A DNA stretch of 64,000 bases from Bilabrum cf. latius. Lineage: Eukaryota. Positions 48,500-61,800 of the stretch are shown here, piece after piece; positions within the stretch are counted from its first letter, which is position 1; every line of letters begins with the position of its first letter. The notes beneath the pieces are model-generated. The model saw only the letters and a list, made by a program, of their open reading frames with translations, was not told the DNA's origin and ran no database searches. The translations under genes and the position numbers were made by a program. The DNA lies in the NCBI GenBank assembly GCA_965178125.1, contig OZ237735.1:496001-560000 (forward strand), in the 5' to 3' direction.

Positions 48500-51400
48500 A
48501 TGCAGCCACTGTATGCAGGAAACGGAATCGTTGCGATTCGTAGAGAAGACAAGAACAAGTGGGAAAGAAGGGTGAGAAATTAAAGGTTTAAGCACGCGCC
48601 GAGCCGACTGTTGGTTATATTCACCATTCTGTCCCTGCGGTGGGCCCACTCGAATGTATAATTGTTATTGACCCTGTGATCAATAACAAAGAACAAATCT
48701 ATCGTAGCGTAGTTGCTGCGATACCCAATTGGCTGCGATGAATGTGCTCGAATTTTCAAGATCGCTCCGCCTCCAATCGTTTTGGTGTGGTACGCAGGCA
48801 CCGCTGGCTCCCGAGCATGTCGCTGCGCTGGTGTAGCGAGGCGTCCGTGTTGTTGTTCAAAAGAGTGGTAGGCGATGCTACCCTGATGGGGCGTACGCCG
48901 CTGCTGGCGCAGAAGTAAGACTTGCGACTGTTCCTACAAGGAGTTGTTGATCACTTGCAGCTCTACCGTTATGAGTTTCCCTCTGGAGTTTATGTTGGCG
49001 TATTTATCGCAGGTTCAAGAAGATATTTCAGCGGCTTCGACGGTCCTCTGCGTGAAGGAGCCTCCGATCGATCTTGTAAGGAACGCATCTGCCACATCAG
49101 CTGCCCCTGCCATCGCAATTCTGCCTCAGGGCACTCGCTGTCCGATCAATTGAAAGTACACGCATCTTTCGCAGCTCTTGTCACACCCCGGTCGCACGTG
49201 GGTGTGCTTTAGCCACACCATCAAGGCCCAGCGGAGCAACATGCCGCTCCTCGACGCGTTCCTAGCCTCTCGCCAGCGCCTGATCGACTACGAGTGCATC
49301 ACCGAGACGGGCGAGCGCAGGGGCAAGCGCCTCGTTGCTTTCGGGCGGTTCGCAGGCCTGGCCGGCGCGGTGGATTTCAACCGCGGGCTGGGTGAGCGCC
49401 TCCTGGCCCTTGGGCACTCCACCCCCTTCCTATCCACTGGCTCGTCCTACATGTACCGGAGCGCGGCAGAGGCCAAGGAGGCCGTGAAGCGGTGCGGGGA
49501 ACAGTTGGCGGATGAGGGCCTCCCTGCAGAGCTGTGTCCCTTCGTGGCGGCTTTCACAGGGGGCGGCAACGTGGCCAAAGGTGCCAAGGAGGTGTGGTTC
49601 AACCTTCCGCACGAGGTTGTCACCCCCGAGGAGCTGCCCGCTCTCATGGCGTCCTGCAAGGAGGCTGATAAGAAGCACGACGATGCAGTGGAGGCGTGGA
49701 GCCTCGCAACTGCGGACGGAAAGGCTCCTGGTCCTTCCCCCCCGGTACCAGAGCACAGGCGCAAGGTCTACATGGTCGACATTGGGAGGGAGGCCATGGT
49801 GGAGCGGAGGGGGCAAGGGGGGACGGGGGCAGTGGAAGGTGCTTCCGCTGCTTCTTCCAAGGCGAAGATCGACCGCGCGCACTACTCAGCGCACCCCGAC
49901 GAATATGATCCGATCTTCGCCCGGGACGTGCTCCCCTTCGTGAGTGCCGTGTTCATCTGCCACTACTGGGAGCCCAAGTACCCCCGTCTGTTCACCGCCG
50001 AGGACTGCGGAGAGCTGTGGCGGGCTGGACAGCTTCGGCTGGTTGGCGTGTGCGACGTGACGTGCGACTACATGGGCGCGTGCGACATGCTGACCACGTT
50101 CACCTCCATCGAGGAGCCCTTCTTTTGCGCGGACGTGGGTGCGGTTGGTGCGGCAAAGAAGCAGGCTACCGGTGGCAGCGGGGCCTCGGGAGCGGGTGAC
50201 GACGCTGTGTCGCTGGCGTCCGCTGGGGCGGGCATCGAGGTCGAGTACCAGGGCGAGGGAGAGGGCTGGCCCGTGGCCATGGGCGTGGACGCCGGGGCAA
50301 AAGCAGCCAAGGGTCTGGGCAAGGGTCCAGCAAGCCGCTGGGTGCTGTACCACGCTGTGGACCACCTGCCTTCGGAGCTGCCGAGGGACTCCACGGGTCA
50401 CTTCGGCTCAGCCCTCGTCTCGATGGTCGAGGGACTGGCCTGGGACGACCAGAACGAGTCCAAGAGCCTATTCGACAAGCCCGGCAAGGCCCAGCCGATG
50501 ACCTCCACGGAGCTTCCAGCCGTGCAGGAGGTGGCCAAGGCTCCCGTGTCTGCCCGCAAGGCTCCCGACGGCGTCTCTGCCTTGTCGAGGCTGTTAGTCG
50601 GTGCCACCATCACGTGTGCGGGCCAGCTGACGCCGGCCTACCGGTACATTGCAGCCATGCGCAACGCAGATGAGCGCGCAGCGCGCAGCATGGCCAAGTC
50701 TGGCTCAGACCAGGCGCTCTCCAGGATGGCTCAGGGCGGCTCCGACGGAGGCAAGCTCCAGGCGCAGGGCGACACGAGCAGCGTTGGAGCGGGCGTAGAC
50801 AGCCTGCAGGAAGGCAAGGGCATGCGGCCGGTGGAGGCCGTGCGCAGCTCCAGCATCGGGGACCAGCTGCTGGCGGCCGCTGGTTCCCAGCCGAGAGCAA
50901 GCCCTCTGGCAAAGCCCCCTGCAATGCGAGTCCCAGCCTCTGGGCAGCGGCGGATGGCTCGCGCACCCAGCTACACGACGATGTCCGTGCGCGGTCACTT
51001 GTTCGACAACAACGTGATCAACAAGGTGCTGGATGTGGTGGAGAAGAACAACGGCGCGGCCAACATCCTGCGGATGGAGGTGGGCAGGGACGGCGAGGAG
51101 GAGTCCATCGCCGCACTGCAGGTGTTCGTTCAGGACGGCAACAAGGCCGGGGCCCTTACCAAGATGGTGGAGCAGGTGCACTCGACGGCCAAGGAACTCG
51201 GGGCCGTCGTGGCTCCCATGGCAGTGGGGGATGCAGCAAAGGAATCTGCCGGTGCTGCCAACCGCTTGGCCAAGTTCCAACGAGGCGGCCCGGGCGATGG
51301 GGCCACCGCTGGGTGGGGCTGGGGCCTGGGAGCCGATGCCAGCGGCGCCACGCACCTCGTACCCATCCGTGCAGATGGGGCGTCTGCCGTCGATGGCAGC

Positions 51401-53290
51401 CGGGCCGTCTCCACGCCTACAAGCCTCGGCATTGCAGTAGATGAAAGGCCCGGGGGCCGAGCGGCGGGAGGGGCCATGGCCGCCGCGGCGCAAGGGCTGC
51501 CGGCAGACGTGCTCTCCTCGATGTCCCCGATGATCCCAAAGGCGATGCCTCGGGAGGCGTGGTCCAGGCGGGTCCTGCTGCTGGGCAGTGGCCTAGTGAC
51601 TGCTCCCCTTCTAGACATCATGCTGCAGGACCCAAGGAACGCCATTGTGGTTGGCAGCTTTGACGCCGTGCAGGCTGCAGAGCTGGTCGCCCGGGTAGCT
51701 GGGGGCCGACTCGGCCTGCCTGTCGCGCCTGACGGTGGCTCTGCGGATGCCTTCGCTGAGCACGGAAGGTCCGACGGCGACCAGCTTGTGGGGGGTGGCA
51801 GCGCTGCTTTCTCTCACCTTTCGAAGGACCCGATCGCGGGCAGGCGCTGCGCTGCCACGTTCATCGACGTGAACAACCAGCCCAACCGGCTGATGCAGCT
51901 CGTGAGCGGTGCCGATGTTGTCCTTTCGCTGGTGTCTGCTCCATTCCACCCGCCCGTCGCGAAGGCGTGCGTAGAGTCTGGAGTGAACATGGTGACCGCC
52001 AGCTACACCAGCCCTGCCATGAAGGAGATAGAGTCAGACGCGAAGGCGAAGGGCGTGCTGCTGCTGAACGAGTGCGGCCTCGACCCCGGGATAGATCATG
52101 CCACGGCCGCCCGGTGCGTTGACAAGGTGCGGGCGCAGGGTGGCACTGTTACGGAGTTCTCCAGCGTCTGCGGCGGACTGCCAGCTCCCGAGGCAGCCAC
52201 CAACCCGCTGGGGTACAAGTTCAGCTGGGCACCTCGGGGCGTGCTGACCGCATGCAAGAACGACTCCGCCTGGCTGGAGGGTGGTGAGGTCCGCAAGGAG
52301 CCAGGGAGCCGGTTGCTGCAGACGGCCAAGGACATGTACGTCAACCCTGCGTTCAGCCTGGAGGTGCTGCCCAATAGGGACAGCATCGCGTTCATGCAGA
52401 CGTACGGGTTTGCCCCGCCTGACGGGGCTGCGGCTGGTGGAGCTGCGGGTGCAGAGGCTCTGGCAGGGGGTGCGAAGCGCTTCTTCCGCGGAACCCTGCG
52501 CTACAAGGGATACTGCGCGCAAGCAGAGGCATGGCGTCGGCTTGGGTGGCTGTGGGAGACGGATGCCAACGGACCGGACAGGTGCATCGGACAGGACGGC
52601 TCGGGCAAGCCAACCATTGCGGCACCGTTTGCAGAAGCCAGTCTGCAGACTGACGGCGGCATCTCGCTGCGGCGATGGCTTGCCGCGTCTCTGGGGCTTG
52701 GCGGCGACAGATCGGCCGAGGCGCTGGATGCTGTGACGGACAAGGAGATGCAGGACGCGCTGGCTGCAGTCTGCGCGAAGGAGCCCGCCATCGAGCCCTC
52801 GGCTTCGCTTCGCAACATGCAGTGGCTGGGATTCTTCGGGCCCCGCGTGCTGCGGCCGCCGGCGTCTGGCCGGTTGAACGGTGGCGTGGTCGCTGAGGCA
52901 CCTCCGCTGGATGTGCTCTCGCACCTGCTGCAAACCGAGCCAGCGATGGGCTACGCTGTCAGTGAGGCCACCGGCAAGCAAGAGAGGGACATGGCCCTGA
53001 TGCGCCACGTGGTTCGCGCCGAGTACCCCGCAGCGGGCGGCAAGCCCGCTCGCAAGGTGAGGATCGACAGCACACTGATCGAGTACGGCAGCGACACGGC
53101 GGGCGGAGATTCAGCCATGGCTCGGACGGTCGGCTACTGCAGCGCCGTCGCGGCTCAGCTCGTGCTCGACGGCAAGCTCTCTGAAGTGACAGGTTGTGCC
53201 ACGCCTGTGCAGCAGGCCGTCTACGAGCCCCTGCTGGCTGGGCTCGAGAGGCTTGGCATCCGCATGGAGGAAGAGGAGCATGAAGAGTGA
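48500..53290 (+). CDS. AASS: Bifunctional lysine-ketoglutarate reductase/saccharopine dehydrogenase; introns 48572-48797, 48915-49012, 49076-49174; TAG at 48834
   Basis: IRREDKNKWERR|APLAPEHV, VKEPP, FSHTIKAQRSNMPLLD, RLIDYE, RLVAFGRFAG, VDHLPSELP, LLGSGLV, NECGLDPGIDH, CGGLPAPE..NPLGYKFSW, RGTLRY, SAMARTVG. Confidence 0.93.
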
Positions 53291-53586
53291 GGGATCCGGT
53301 TGAGGATCATCCCAAACGGGAATGGACGTGGGGCGGTGCCGGTTGGCTGGTTTGCGTGCGCCGCCATCACCTCTGAAGATGGCCATTGCAACTGACTTCA
53401 GTTGCCAAAACAGCAGTGAATAACACGGAAGTATGAGCAAATTCAAGCAACCAGTATACCAAATTACTGTGCCAAACGACTCGACGTCTGAACATTTCCT
53501 CGAGCACGCACTGCGTCGACACAAGTAGTACCCACGCGGCCACGAGCCGATCACCTGGCAGCAGTCACACAGCGTGAAAGCACCAC

Positions 53587-55716
53587 TTACACAAGAAACG
53601 TAAAGCAGCCTGTCGGGCTCGTGCAAGACATCTTCACCATGGCATAGAACTGGAACTCGGGGAGGAGCACCTCTAGGACGCCCGGCTTGCTGGAACTGTC
53701 TCGCACAGTCACGTTCACCTGGCCGACGTGGTCAAAGGCGGACACAGAGCTGGACGAGATGCCTGGCTTTGCAACCAGCTCAACGATGGCGTTAGTCACG
53801 TTCGGAGGCCGCCGTGGTGCCCTCTCTCGCTTGCCGCACCAAGCGAAGGCATTGGTCACCGCGAGCACTGGGCTGGCGTTGGCTTGGCCGGGCACTGCGA
53901 AGACGTTCATGTGGGCGTCGATGGATTGAGGGGGAACTGGCACCCCACTCACACCCCCTTCTGAGTCGGTTGCTGCCTGCATTGCCGAGTTGTACTTGAG
54001 CGCGGCTGGCGGTGCCCCGACCGCATCGGTGATCATTGCCCGCAGCTTCGCAGCCGCCCCCGGTCGCTTGGTAGCGTCCAGCCAGTCTCCCGTAGGAATG
54101 TCCGTCATGTTGACGACCTTGCCACCCGCGGCAACGTAGCTGGCCAGGGCGCTCTGCTGGTCAGCGGTGGGACGCGCCTGCTGAGGCACGACGAGGACTC
54201 TGGTCATGCCCCGCTGCAGCACGGCCTGTGGGTCAGGGGTGACGCCAGGCCCTGTCGCATTGAAATTGGGCACGGCGCCGATCTGCCAGAGGTGCGCCAC
54301 CCTCCGCGGTACGTTCCAGCGAGTGAGCGCGTGCCACGCGCCCATGGTGGCCCCCATGAGCTCCGTCCAGACCTGCTGGTCTGGCGTCGCAGGCTTGTTC
54401 ACAAGAGGCACGAGCTCGTCGCGACGCCACTCATCCATCGCGACGCTCGCCCAGCCCACCGGCTCAAGCCCATCGAGGATTCCCGCGAGCCGATTGCCCA
54501 CTTTGTACGTCTCTGCGAACAGAGTCGCGTTGGGAATCCCGCCCTCGGAGTGGTCCGGGTTCGCCACGAGACCGTACGACACCATGGCGCCTGCGCCGCA
54601 CTGCACGAAGTCAGACCCCTCCGAAGAAGCAGGGTCCCACGTGTGCGGGGGCCTACCGTACGACGCATCTCTGGACGTTGCCCAGCCCCACGAGATGAAA
54701 ATGTCCGCGTCGAAGGAGGCGTTGGCGAGGTTGCCCGCGAACCCGCGCAGGCAGGGAACACCCCTGCCCGTGTCGTACTCTATCTTTGGGACCTGCAGCA
54801 CCCCATCCTGGGCCTCCATACCCTGCCACTCGAAGAGCTCCCCGCCGCTGTCCGCGCAGGGCAGCTGGTGGGTGGAGAGGAACGGAATGGCAGGCGCTGT
54901 GCGGTTGCCTGCGGCGACGCCCATCTCGCTGGCGTTCGCGATGGTCCGAGCGATGTCCCCGTAGAACTTTGTGACCGTGTACGTGTTGTATTGCAGCACT
55001 TTCTTGTACTGCGCGGGGTCCTTGGTGGGATCCTTGGGCATGGGTTCCCCCCCCGACCATTCCTAGTACTTGGCTCGGCACGCGTCGCAGAAGCAGCCCT
55101 GTGGAGGGATGGGATACTCATCTACGTAGACGCCGTCAACGCCGGCATGATACACGAGATCATGCAGCTGGGACAGGTACGTCTCCCTCCACCCGGTGTT
55201 GATGCAAAGTCCCAAGCCGCGGCTGAAGCGTACCGGGCTGCCTTGCACGTCTCGAGAGAGCCAAGTCGGTTCATGGGCCGAGTAGTACGCGTGACAGCGA
55301 GGATAGTGGTACGCGATGAAGTGTGCTCCTGCATCATGGGCTTTCTTAGCTATCTCGACGGGGAGCTGCCGGCCAGTGTTGCGCACAATCGGAAGCAAGC
55401 CCTCCTCTGGAATCGGGGCGGATGGATACCTCATCCAGTCCCCATCTGACCCTTCGTGGGTGTGCCGCACAAACGCATGCACTCCAATTTCAGCAAAGAG
55501 CTTGGCTGCGTCATCAAAGACCGGCTTGCAAGCAGTGCTGTTGCAAAATGACTGCGCTGCGAGTCGTGTGTGCGCGTGGAACCTTGTGCTGGAATACCAC
55601 TCTGGAACTGCGTGTGAATCGCTCGTACAGCCAATGGTGGATTGTATACCCAATGCTACAATTGCTACCGCAGTACTGGTAGGTATCATGGTCGTTGCAG
55701 CTTCTGTATCGCGCAT
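53587..55716 (-). CDS. Secreted glycoside-hydrolase-like protein (GHL6/GH42-like TIM barrel); TAG at 55063; ends TAA; alternative start 55689
   Basis: Hydrophobic leader TAVAIVALGIQSTIG; AHDAGAHFIAYH, HEPTW, LCINTGWRETY, GVDGVYVDE, GCFCDACRAKY*EW. The two supplied ORFs join in frame over one TAG. Confidence 0.6.
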
Positions 55717-55831
55717 TTGAGTCTTTCGAAAGATCGCAATCGTCACGAGTTGTCGCGAGCGGAGCTCAGCCCTTTGTAGCGACAAGGCCAAAATATTTGC
55801 GACTCCTTGTTGAAATATTGACAATCGTGAT

Positions 55832-58000
55832 ATGTCTGCCGCCTGGAAGTCACTAGCATTTGGATCACACCGCTCTCCAGTCATCGCGGGAGATGCCATG
55901 ATCTGTTGCACGCAACCCCTTGCGGCAGAAGCAGGCGCCAGGATACTTCGCGCGGGCGGGAATGCTGCAGATGCATGTGTTGCGATTGCAGCTTGCATGA
56001 ACGTGTGCGAGCCGACATCTACAGGGATAGGCGGCGACTGCTTTGCGCTCTACTACGATCCGAATGTAGACCCGTCAAAGGTGCACGCCATGAACGCCAG
56101 CGGGCGGTCGGCGGCCGCCCTTTCGCGAGACTTGGCAATTGCAGCATGCTTTCCATCTGGCGCCCCCGAAGGCGACGATCTGCTTGGGATGCCAAGCAAG
56201 CATGCCTGCTGCGTGACGGTGCCAGGCACTGCCGCAGGCTGGGACTCTACTCTATCGAAATGGGGTACCATGTCGCTGGCAACCGTGCTCGCACCCGCCA
56301 TTCAGCTGTGCGAGCGCGGTGTCCCAGTTCCCCCCATCACCGCGCGAATGTGGAAAGACGCCGAGGCCCACCTGCTCGCAGGCCCGCACCCTGCCGCCAT
56401 GCTGCTCGCCGACCACGCCTCCATGGTGGACCCCGTCTCTTCATCGAAGGGAGGCGCCGCGGGTACGGTTGAAAGTGCAAGAGACCGCCCTCGGCTGCGC
56501 GCCCCTCGCGCGGGGGAGATCCACAAGAAGCCCGGCCTGGCGAGGACCTTCAAGCTGGTTGCAGAGCGCGGCAGCAGGGACGGCTTCTACAGGGGAGAAG
56601 TCGCGGAGGCGATCGAAGCGGTTGTCAAGGGAGCGGGCGGGTGCCTGACCGCCGCAGATCTGGCAGAGCACGAGACTGAGTTCTGCGAGCCGCTCTCAGT
56701 CACCTACACGCCGGTCCTGCCATCCGACGAGGCAGCCAAGCGGATCTTCGGGGCCCCAGGGACCAGCGGCGGCGTTGGTGCAGGGAGGGGGTTCCCGGCG
56801 CGGGAGGTTCGTGTGTTTGAGTGCCCACCCAACGGATAGGGCATCACCGCGCTGATGGCGCTACAGATCCAGGAGGCCGTGCTGCGGGGGGACCCTGGAG
56901 CGGCCGAGGACTTGGCCGGCCGGGCGCTGGACGAGTCGGGTGTTGGCTAGTCCCTGGAATCATCCGCTGAGGCCGTCGTGAAAGCGGCTGCAGAGGCAGA
57001 GGGGTTCACTGCCGCCGGCGAACCTTCGTCGTGGTTCGCTCCGCTGTCACCCGCCGCGATGCACGTGCAGATAGAGGCCATGAGGCTGGCTTTCGCGGAC
57101 ACTCGCTGGCTGGTCCGAGATCCTGACGAAGCCTTCGCCGCCGCTGGAGGCAAAGGGCCCGCAAAAAAGCCCACTGGCGAACGCAAGGCAGCATTGTTGG
57201 AGTGGGAGAGCATGCTTCGGCCCGAGTATGCGGCTGCCAGGGCAAGTAAGATCTAGAGGAAACCGTGTCGCGCCGCTGTAGACGTGCGCAGGGGCTCGCC
57301 CATGGGCTCGTGCGACACGGTGTCATTCAGCGTGGTAGACGGCGAGGGCCGGGCGTGCTCGTTCATCCAGTCGAACTACGCGGGGTTCGGGACGAATTTG
57401 ATTCCGGATGGCTGGGGGTTTACCCTGCAGAACCGCGGGGCCAACTTTACTCTGCGTGAGGGTGCGCCCAACTGCGTGGGTCCTAGGAAGCGGCCCTACC
57501 ACACGATCATCCCCGGCATGGCTCTGCATGGCGAAACCGATTCGGCCACCGCTGCCCTTGGTGCCTCGGCTGCAAGCGGCGCGGCATCAGGTTCCGGCTC
57601 GGTGACGGGTCGCGCGGACAGCCGGTTGCTGTACAACTTCAGCTGCATGGGGGGCTTCATGCAGCCCCAGGGACACCTGCAGCTGCTCACAAACCTCCTG
57701 GAGTTCGGCATGCACCCCCAGGAGGCCCTGGATGCTCCTCGGTTTTGCATTCCGGCGGGGCGGGCGACGGTGCCGGGGGCAGTCCCAGGCTCGGTACTGC
57801 CTCCGCCGGTTGCCATCGAGGAAGGAGTGCCAGCAGACACTGTGGCGGCCCTGGCTGCGGCTGGCCACCAGGTCGAGGTTGTGCGGTCTTGGGGCCGCTC
57901 CGTGTTTGGCAGGGGGCAGATTGTTTGGAGAGACCGGCAGACGGGTTCGTTGTGGGGCGGCACAGATCCTCGCGGGGACGGGATCGCGATTGGCATGTGA
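55832..58000 (+). CDS. Gamma-glutamyltransferase (YwrD/glutathione hydrolase-like); TAG at 56837, 56948, 57254
   Basis: QPLAAEAG..GGNAADA..EPTSTGIGGD, VTVPG, ECPPNG*G, DTVSFSVVDGEG..SFIQSNY, LQNRG, KRPYHTIIP, MGGFMQPQGH, ALDAPR, FGRGQ, GTDPRGDG. Confidence 0.93.
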
Positions 58001-58165
58001 ACGAGCGGCGCGAAGTGGCTCGGTCCGGTGGTCCACCGGTGGAGAGTTGCACTCGCCGTTGGAGTTTGCCGAGCATCTGTGTGTGCATTGACTCTGCTGT
58101 TGTGTCATTGTATTTCTGACGCAAAATATTCTATGCGGTGCATAACGAATCCGAGAGTCTTCCAT

Positions 58166-58702
58166 TCATGATGACATCGCGTATCGCGCCGCACACTACC
58201 CAATGACGCACAGGCAAAGAGCAAAGGCCGGAAACAGGCCGATGCAATACGTTACAACCTCCGTGTATACAACGACTGCGTGAGAGCAGTGTTCAAGCTT
58301 CGCAGCGCTGTGTTTGTTCCAGCTAAACCCAATCAGCAGCCAGAGTGATAAACCAAAGCTGATAAGCGCACCAATAGACACCGCGGCAATGGCAGCGCCT
58401 TGACCTGTATTAGTTCGAAGGAGCAGACCAAGGGCTGCGATACCCAGCAAGAGTAATGCGAGGCCAACATTCAGTCCACTGAGCGCTTCGACGAGGCCAT
58501 AATAGCTCGGCCAAAATTGGCTATCGCACCGGTTCGCCTGATCGCTGGAGTCCTCAGCATACGTTAAGACCAGCAAGGGCAGCCAAATTATCGTTAGGCA
58601 AGCGCAGCCCGTGAAATTCACGGAGCCCGTCTCGTTACACGCTGACGATGCCACGAGCTGCTCGTCTAGCAGCGCGTACTGCTGCTCCTCTTTATTTCTC
58701 AT
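58166..58702 (-). CDS. Small ~4-TM membrane protein of unknown function; start 58702 or 58810; TAG at 58196
   Basis: Four hydrophobic stretches in ORF 58196-58837. Reading through the TAG reaches TGA at 58166. No family recognised. Confidence 0.5.
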
Positions 58703-58833
58703 TCCAAGATCAGTACTTCTCTTGTCTTGCTTAGCTGTGGTATCGAAACATGCTAGTACCAGTAGGATGAGCAGTTTGAGCAAAATCCAAGCAGGATTGC
58801 TCCTCTTCATCTTCACGCTCTCAATCAATCTCG

Positions 58834-61800
58834 TCACCCCATCTTGGCCTGCTTGCGGGAGGCGGCTGCTCGCCTGCTGTCCTTACGACGGTGAGCTTGT
58901 TCCCGCCTTCGCTTGAGCGCAGCCTTGTCCATGCCCCCCTCACCGCCGCCACCGCCGCCACCGCGCCCCCGACCACCACCCTTCCCCCGGCCCCGACCGC
59001 CACCGGACTATTTCCCTCCCTTGGAACTACCGCCGGGTGCCCCGCCCGAGCGCGCAGCACCCGACTCGGCGCCAGACCCCTTAGCCCTCCCATCACCGTC
59101 CCGATGGCCCGCCTCCCCGCGCCTGCTCCTACCTGCCCGCTGCGGCAGCGGGTCCTAAAGCTCGCCCCCTGCACCACCATGCGATGCACCGGGCGCTCCT
59201 CGCCTCTCAGCCGTCGCGTCCTCCTTGTCCACGGTCGCTCCCTGATCCACAGTGTACCCGCCCTCGTCATCCAGCGTATCGTCGTGCTCGTCATCGTACT
59301 CATCCCACGACCGCAGCCGCACCATCTCTAGCATCTTGGCGCGCAGCACGGGATCCGACATGGCCGGTTCAAGGCCCTGCTGGAAGCCGCCCTTGGGCAC
59401 CGCACGGAAGCGAGGCCCGCCTCCCTGCGGCTCGGCTGCCCCGCCCGCCGCCCCCGCCCCCGCCCCCGCTCCAGATGCAGGCCCAGCGGGAGGCCCCCCA
59501 ACCGCTTGAACCTCGAGCATTGACTCCGCCAGAGACGTCCTCATATCGTCCTCGTCTGGAGCTTTGCCTTCGATGAACGTGAGGATAGCAGTCTGAGCGT
59601 TGCCCCCGCTCACGCGTAGCAGCGAAAGAGCGTACGAGGCAGACGTGTTGCTGCCCAGCACCTCTGACACGTCGGCGAGACCGCTCAGCTCGTGCGGCTC
59701 CACCTGCCGGCCAAGAGCATCCGCTACGGTCGCCAGATCGCCGGATCGAGACCCGGCGCTGCCAGCTATGGCCCTGGATGCAGCAGCGCCACCTTTGGAA
59801 CTCAAGCCAGCGCGCGATGTTGCGGCCGATGATGCTCCCGTCGGCTCCCACCGCAGAGGTGCTTGCGAATTGGCTGCGGTCTGGTTGACGAGCTCAAGCA
59901 CTTTCTTTAGGTCACCAGCATCACTCTTGCTGAGCTGCGTGCTATTCGAGGAGGACGGACCCGAGGCTGCTGGATCTTTGTCTCCTGCGTGAGGCTTGCC
60001 CTTGCCCGGGCGCTTGCGGGCTCGCTTCGCACCGGCACGTTTTCCGCCACTGCCACTGCCGGCAGCGCCACCGTCCTCGTCGCCATCGCCTGTTGCTCCT
60101 GCAGCATCCACACGGCTAAGATGGATGGGTGTCCCAGATGCAAGCTTCTCGCCGACCTTCACCAAGCCCTCCGCCACAGGCACCAAGTCCCCTTGCCCTA
60201 ATATGTCCGCCCAGAACGAGCCCTCTCTGCCTTTCAATGTGTAACCCAGGTATCCAGCCTTGCCATCACCACTTGCAGATGCGGCTGCCATGCCGGCGAG
60301 CAGCTGCCCGAACGAGCGGACAACATGCCCAGCGTCTTGCCTCGGCTCGCACGCGCCGGCTGCGCTCGATATCCTGTCGGCATCGTGACCTTTCGCGCTA
60401 CTTGCAGTGGAATTACCCTGGCTTCCGGACAAGATACGACCCATGCTGCCAGGATCCACGCAGTGTGCGTATTCGGGCCATGTCTGCCTGTGGTACGCCC
60501 AACCAGCCCTTGCCATTCCCATCTGGTCACCCGACCCAGCGGCTGCACTAGTCGACTCAGTGCTGCTGCTGCTGCTGCTAGGACACACGTGCTCCGCAAG
60601 TGGAGCCACGTAGCAGTGGTGCGTCACCTAAAGAGCCGCAGTTCGGCACGCCAGCATGCCTTGCTAGCACGCGCACCACGCCTGGGATGACGCCGACAAG
60701 CCGTCCCCTGGACCGGCCGGGGCACCCTCCTCGGGTGGATCCACCACTAGCCGGGCCGAAGCATCCCTAACGTCGACTGGGACTGCTGAGAGCGCATCCA
60801 CAGAGCCAGTCCCTGCACCAGCACCATCACCTGCGTCATCGCCGTCTCCGCCCAGAGGGCAGAGGGCCTGCTGCAGCATCGGGAACAGGTGATCGTACGC
60901 CGCCGCCAAGCTGTGCATGAGCCCCTGCTCCGCAAGGACCTCGCCCCCGGGAAGGATGGGTGCGAGTAGTCCATCTCGGGCCACTGCCCTGGCCTTACCG
61001 CCGACAGGGGCTGGGTAATCGTCCGGGTGCCCGCACACTGCAGCGTACGCAAGGTCCGGCGCCAGCCTAAGGATGGCCGCAACCGAGTTGGCGGCATCTG
61101 CAGCGAGGGCTAGCATTCGCCTGAGAGCAATCACGTCTTCTGCTGTCAGCGCGATGCCGCTTGATGACAAAGTGGCAAGCACAGGCCACGTCTGGTCCTC
61201 CGCGTCGCCGCCTGTGGCGCTCTCTGCCGGGCCTGTCCCCTATCTGGGAGCCGGTGCACCTGCCTTCTGCAGCACTGAGCTAACCCTGCCCATCAAATTG
61301 CAGAGGATTTCGGCAGTGCCGTGCAGCCTGTGCGCCCATGCGCTCGCAACGACTGGTCGCACGTGCAGCACCGTTGCAGCAAGCGCGCGGGCTAACCGAG
61401 CGCTGGGGGAATGGAGCAAGTTCACGCCTGTCGGGGTGGTGCACGCTGCTATGTCGAGCATGGTTTCATACCCGAAGAAGACTAGCGCTACAGAATCGTC
61501 CCAGCCGAGGGCAGGACTCCCCGCCTGCTCGCTCAGGGCCTTGAGGGCCCGAGACAGGCTGGAAGGGCCTGCAGTCCCCGGTGCTTCCTCGGGTGGGCCC
61601 GATTCGTGCTCCTTCGCGAGCAATCGCGCGGCCACGACAAGCATCTTCCGCTCCAAGTCAACGGCGAGGCGGCCGTACTGCCTGCCACCGCGGACCCGAT
61701 CTGCACCGGGCGCTGCAATGGATCCTGACAGGTAGTCGTACGGTCTCGACCGCCCCTCCCAGAAGCTGCCCATAAATGAACCGAACCGCCGATCAGATGC

